DNA from: Lingula anatina
Lineage: Eukaryota > Animalia > Brachiopoda
Direction of reading: 5' to 3'
DNA length: 64,000 nucleotides
NCBI GenBank assembly: GCA_051362555.1
Contig: CM120642.1
Coordinates: forward strand, 15,934,001-15,998,000
The notes under the pieces were generated by a model. The model saw nothing but the letters and a program-made list of their open reading frames with translations. It made no database searches and was not told the origin of the DNA. The position numbers and the translations under genes were made by a program. This document shows positions 62,009 through 64,000 of this stretch, piece by piece. The number at the start of each line of letters is the position of its first letter. Position 1 is the first letter of the stretch.

Positions 62009-64000
62009 AGATACACACAGACACATTACAAAGGGCCAAAGCATCCTACACAGGAGTGCAAGATTGACATTCTTTTCTTAAAAATATCAACAATAAAATT
62101 TAAGATGAGAACAGGGTTTAAAAACTTTATGCCTTAAGCTACCAGAGCACAACTTCTCTCAGGAAGCAGACACTGTGGCAGACAGACTGAACATGGAAAA
62201 TCCGCAGACACGAAAAAATAAAATAAATCAAATGGCCCAGTCCATTCCTAAACTAGATATCTTGAAGCTAGAGTATGCTGATATTTGTGGAAGGGTCCAA
62301 GTCACACAGAAAAAGAAATAAATAACAGCTCAAAATCAGACCAATCCTTACAATGAGAATGCCTGCCCGCAGGTACACATAGTTGAATCCAAGGCCATAT
62401 CACCACAGCAACATCCATCTAGAAATGAACTCGTTTCCCAGTAAATGACCCAGGACAGCTTGAGAGCAGACGAGATGGCCTAGTCTCTAGAAGACTGGGA
62501 CCTCTAGCTAAAGGTTACTGTGCCAGTTTCCTGGGAAACAGCTCAGGCCATGACCGCAGTTGAACTTCATCAACGGTGCAAATAAAGACGAAGCCCCTGA
62601 TCTATTGTTGCAGAAGTAATTAATCAGAGCTGCAGTGTACTTTATTTAATTTGCCCGTAATAACCTGGCCTTTTTATCATCTTTACCTGAGGTGAGTTGA
62701 TGAAACTGAAGCTAACAATGAAAAATCTAAAGCTTCGATCTTGAAATATTTTATTTCTCATACACTGACTGGGACAAATGACTCATCTAATCTAAAGCAA
62801 CTTCTCTTAATTAAAAAAAACAACAACAACAACAACAAAAAAAAAAAAAAAAAAACAAATTAAAAATAAAAATTATAAGAAGGGTCAAGTGACTTTGAAT
62901 ATGAAACTGACTGACATGTCATGACAATTGCACAGAAAGTAAAAAACATCCACTTTTTTGACAAAAGGTTTCACCTTTAGTTTTTTATTATTTTTTTTAA
63001 TTTTGGAGATCCTTACTTGAAAAGTAAAGAAAAATAAGTTAATTTAATAATTCAACACATATATTATCCCTCATTGCCAAGTACTAAGTACTTCTTTTCT
63101 TCATGAAGGCTTTGTATGATTTATGTAAGAAAGACAATAATCTACTGTGTAATCTTATAAACAAATTTATTTCCAAAAAGGAAATCCTATTTTACGTGTA
63201 CCTTTTAATCATGATCATTTAATTAGCTGTGTTCACAACAGATCTAACATGCACAAAAGATAATCTAGCCGGCATCACCAGATGAATAAAGTTCTTAAAT
63301 TAGAATTTTGAACTGTTCAGCACCACTAGAATCCTCTATGTAATTCTAGTCATCTCATGATTTCAGCTGGACCATGGAAAATTAAAGGATAGCCTTAAAT
63401 TTCAATGGTTGGACCAGAAGTGTGTCTAAGTTAGTCTGTTTGTGAACACATCCTCAAAGAACCATTTTTGAAATGGAATAGTCCAAACTGCTATTACGTA
63501 ATAAAGGCCTATGATATGTAATTGTTTGGACTACAACACAAAGCAGACACAATGCACAAATCAACCTATACAAGTGTTGAACTAGTCCAGCCAGCAGGCA
63601 CCTTATATTAGGACAGCAGGTGTCTCATTAATCGCCTCATTTCAGACAGGTTGACCATTTTATGACCTAGCTAGAGAGCCCGACTACCACTTAATGGACT
63701 TGTCCAACACAGATACCAGACACTGTCCTGTCTTCTGTGTCATGACCACAAAATGTCCCAGATTTTGCTACCTGGCTGGCCTAGAAAGTGGTGTGCCGGT
63801 AATTCATTATGATGAATGTTGCATCATTGTTGTCTGGAGGCCACAGATAATTGCCTAATGTGGGCCAAGAACTTAGCTTACACATGTCAAACCCATGCAC
63901 ACCATAATCTGAAAACTGAAATTTGAGGAATTTCTCACTGTCCTTGACCTATTAGAAATTTTATTTGAAATGAAACAATACTCGTTAATCAGTTTATAAT

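Overview
Eukaryotic (animal, probably a marine invertebrate; the species cannot be identified from this window) AT-rich genomic DNA with four genes, read by hand through GT-AG splice sites with phase checking. (1) An inverted-formin-2-like gene (INF2; DID-FH1-FH2-WH2/DAD plus a long acidic tail) on +, 13 coding exons at 16448-27092; its N-terminal exon is not in the window. (2) A complete 5-hydroxyisourate hydrolase (URAH/HIUase) on +, 34584-36937, including a 57-nt first exon missed by the ORF track that encodes a PTS2 peroxisomal signal. (3) An intronless, adenosine-receptor-like class A GPCR on -, 40356-41729. (4) The last six exons of a DDX11/ChlR1 helicase on -, 45487-48087, preceded by an intron of more than 15.9 kb. 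The non-coding DNA holds many non-autonomous DNA transposons: Harbinger/Tourist-like MITEs with 3-bp TSDs (one nested in another), CAG-terminal MITEs with unusual 5-bp TSDs, an 8-bp-TSD foldback element, and a ~1.9-kb Helentron/HINE-like composite element. It also has a 34-bp minisatellite and a clear mosaic CpG-depletion pattern. I found no CRISPR array, rRNA, tRNA or autonomous transposase, and no convincing wholly new biological system. The best leads are the isoform/targeting hypotheses and the transposon architecture listed under findings.
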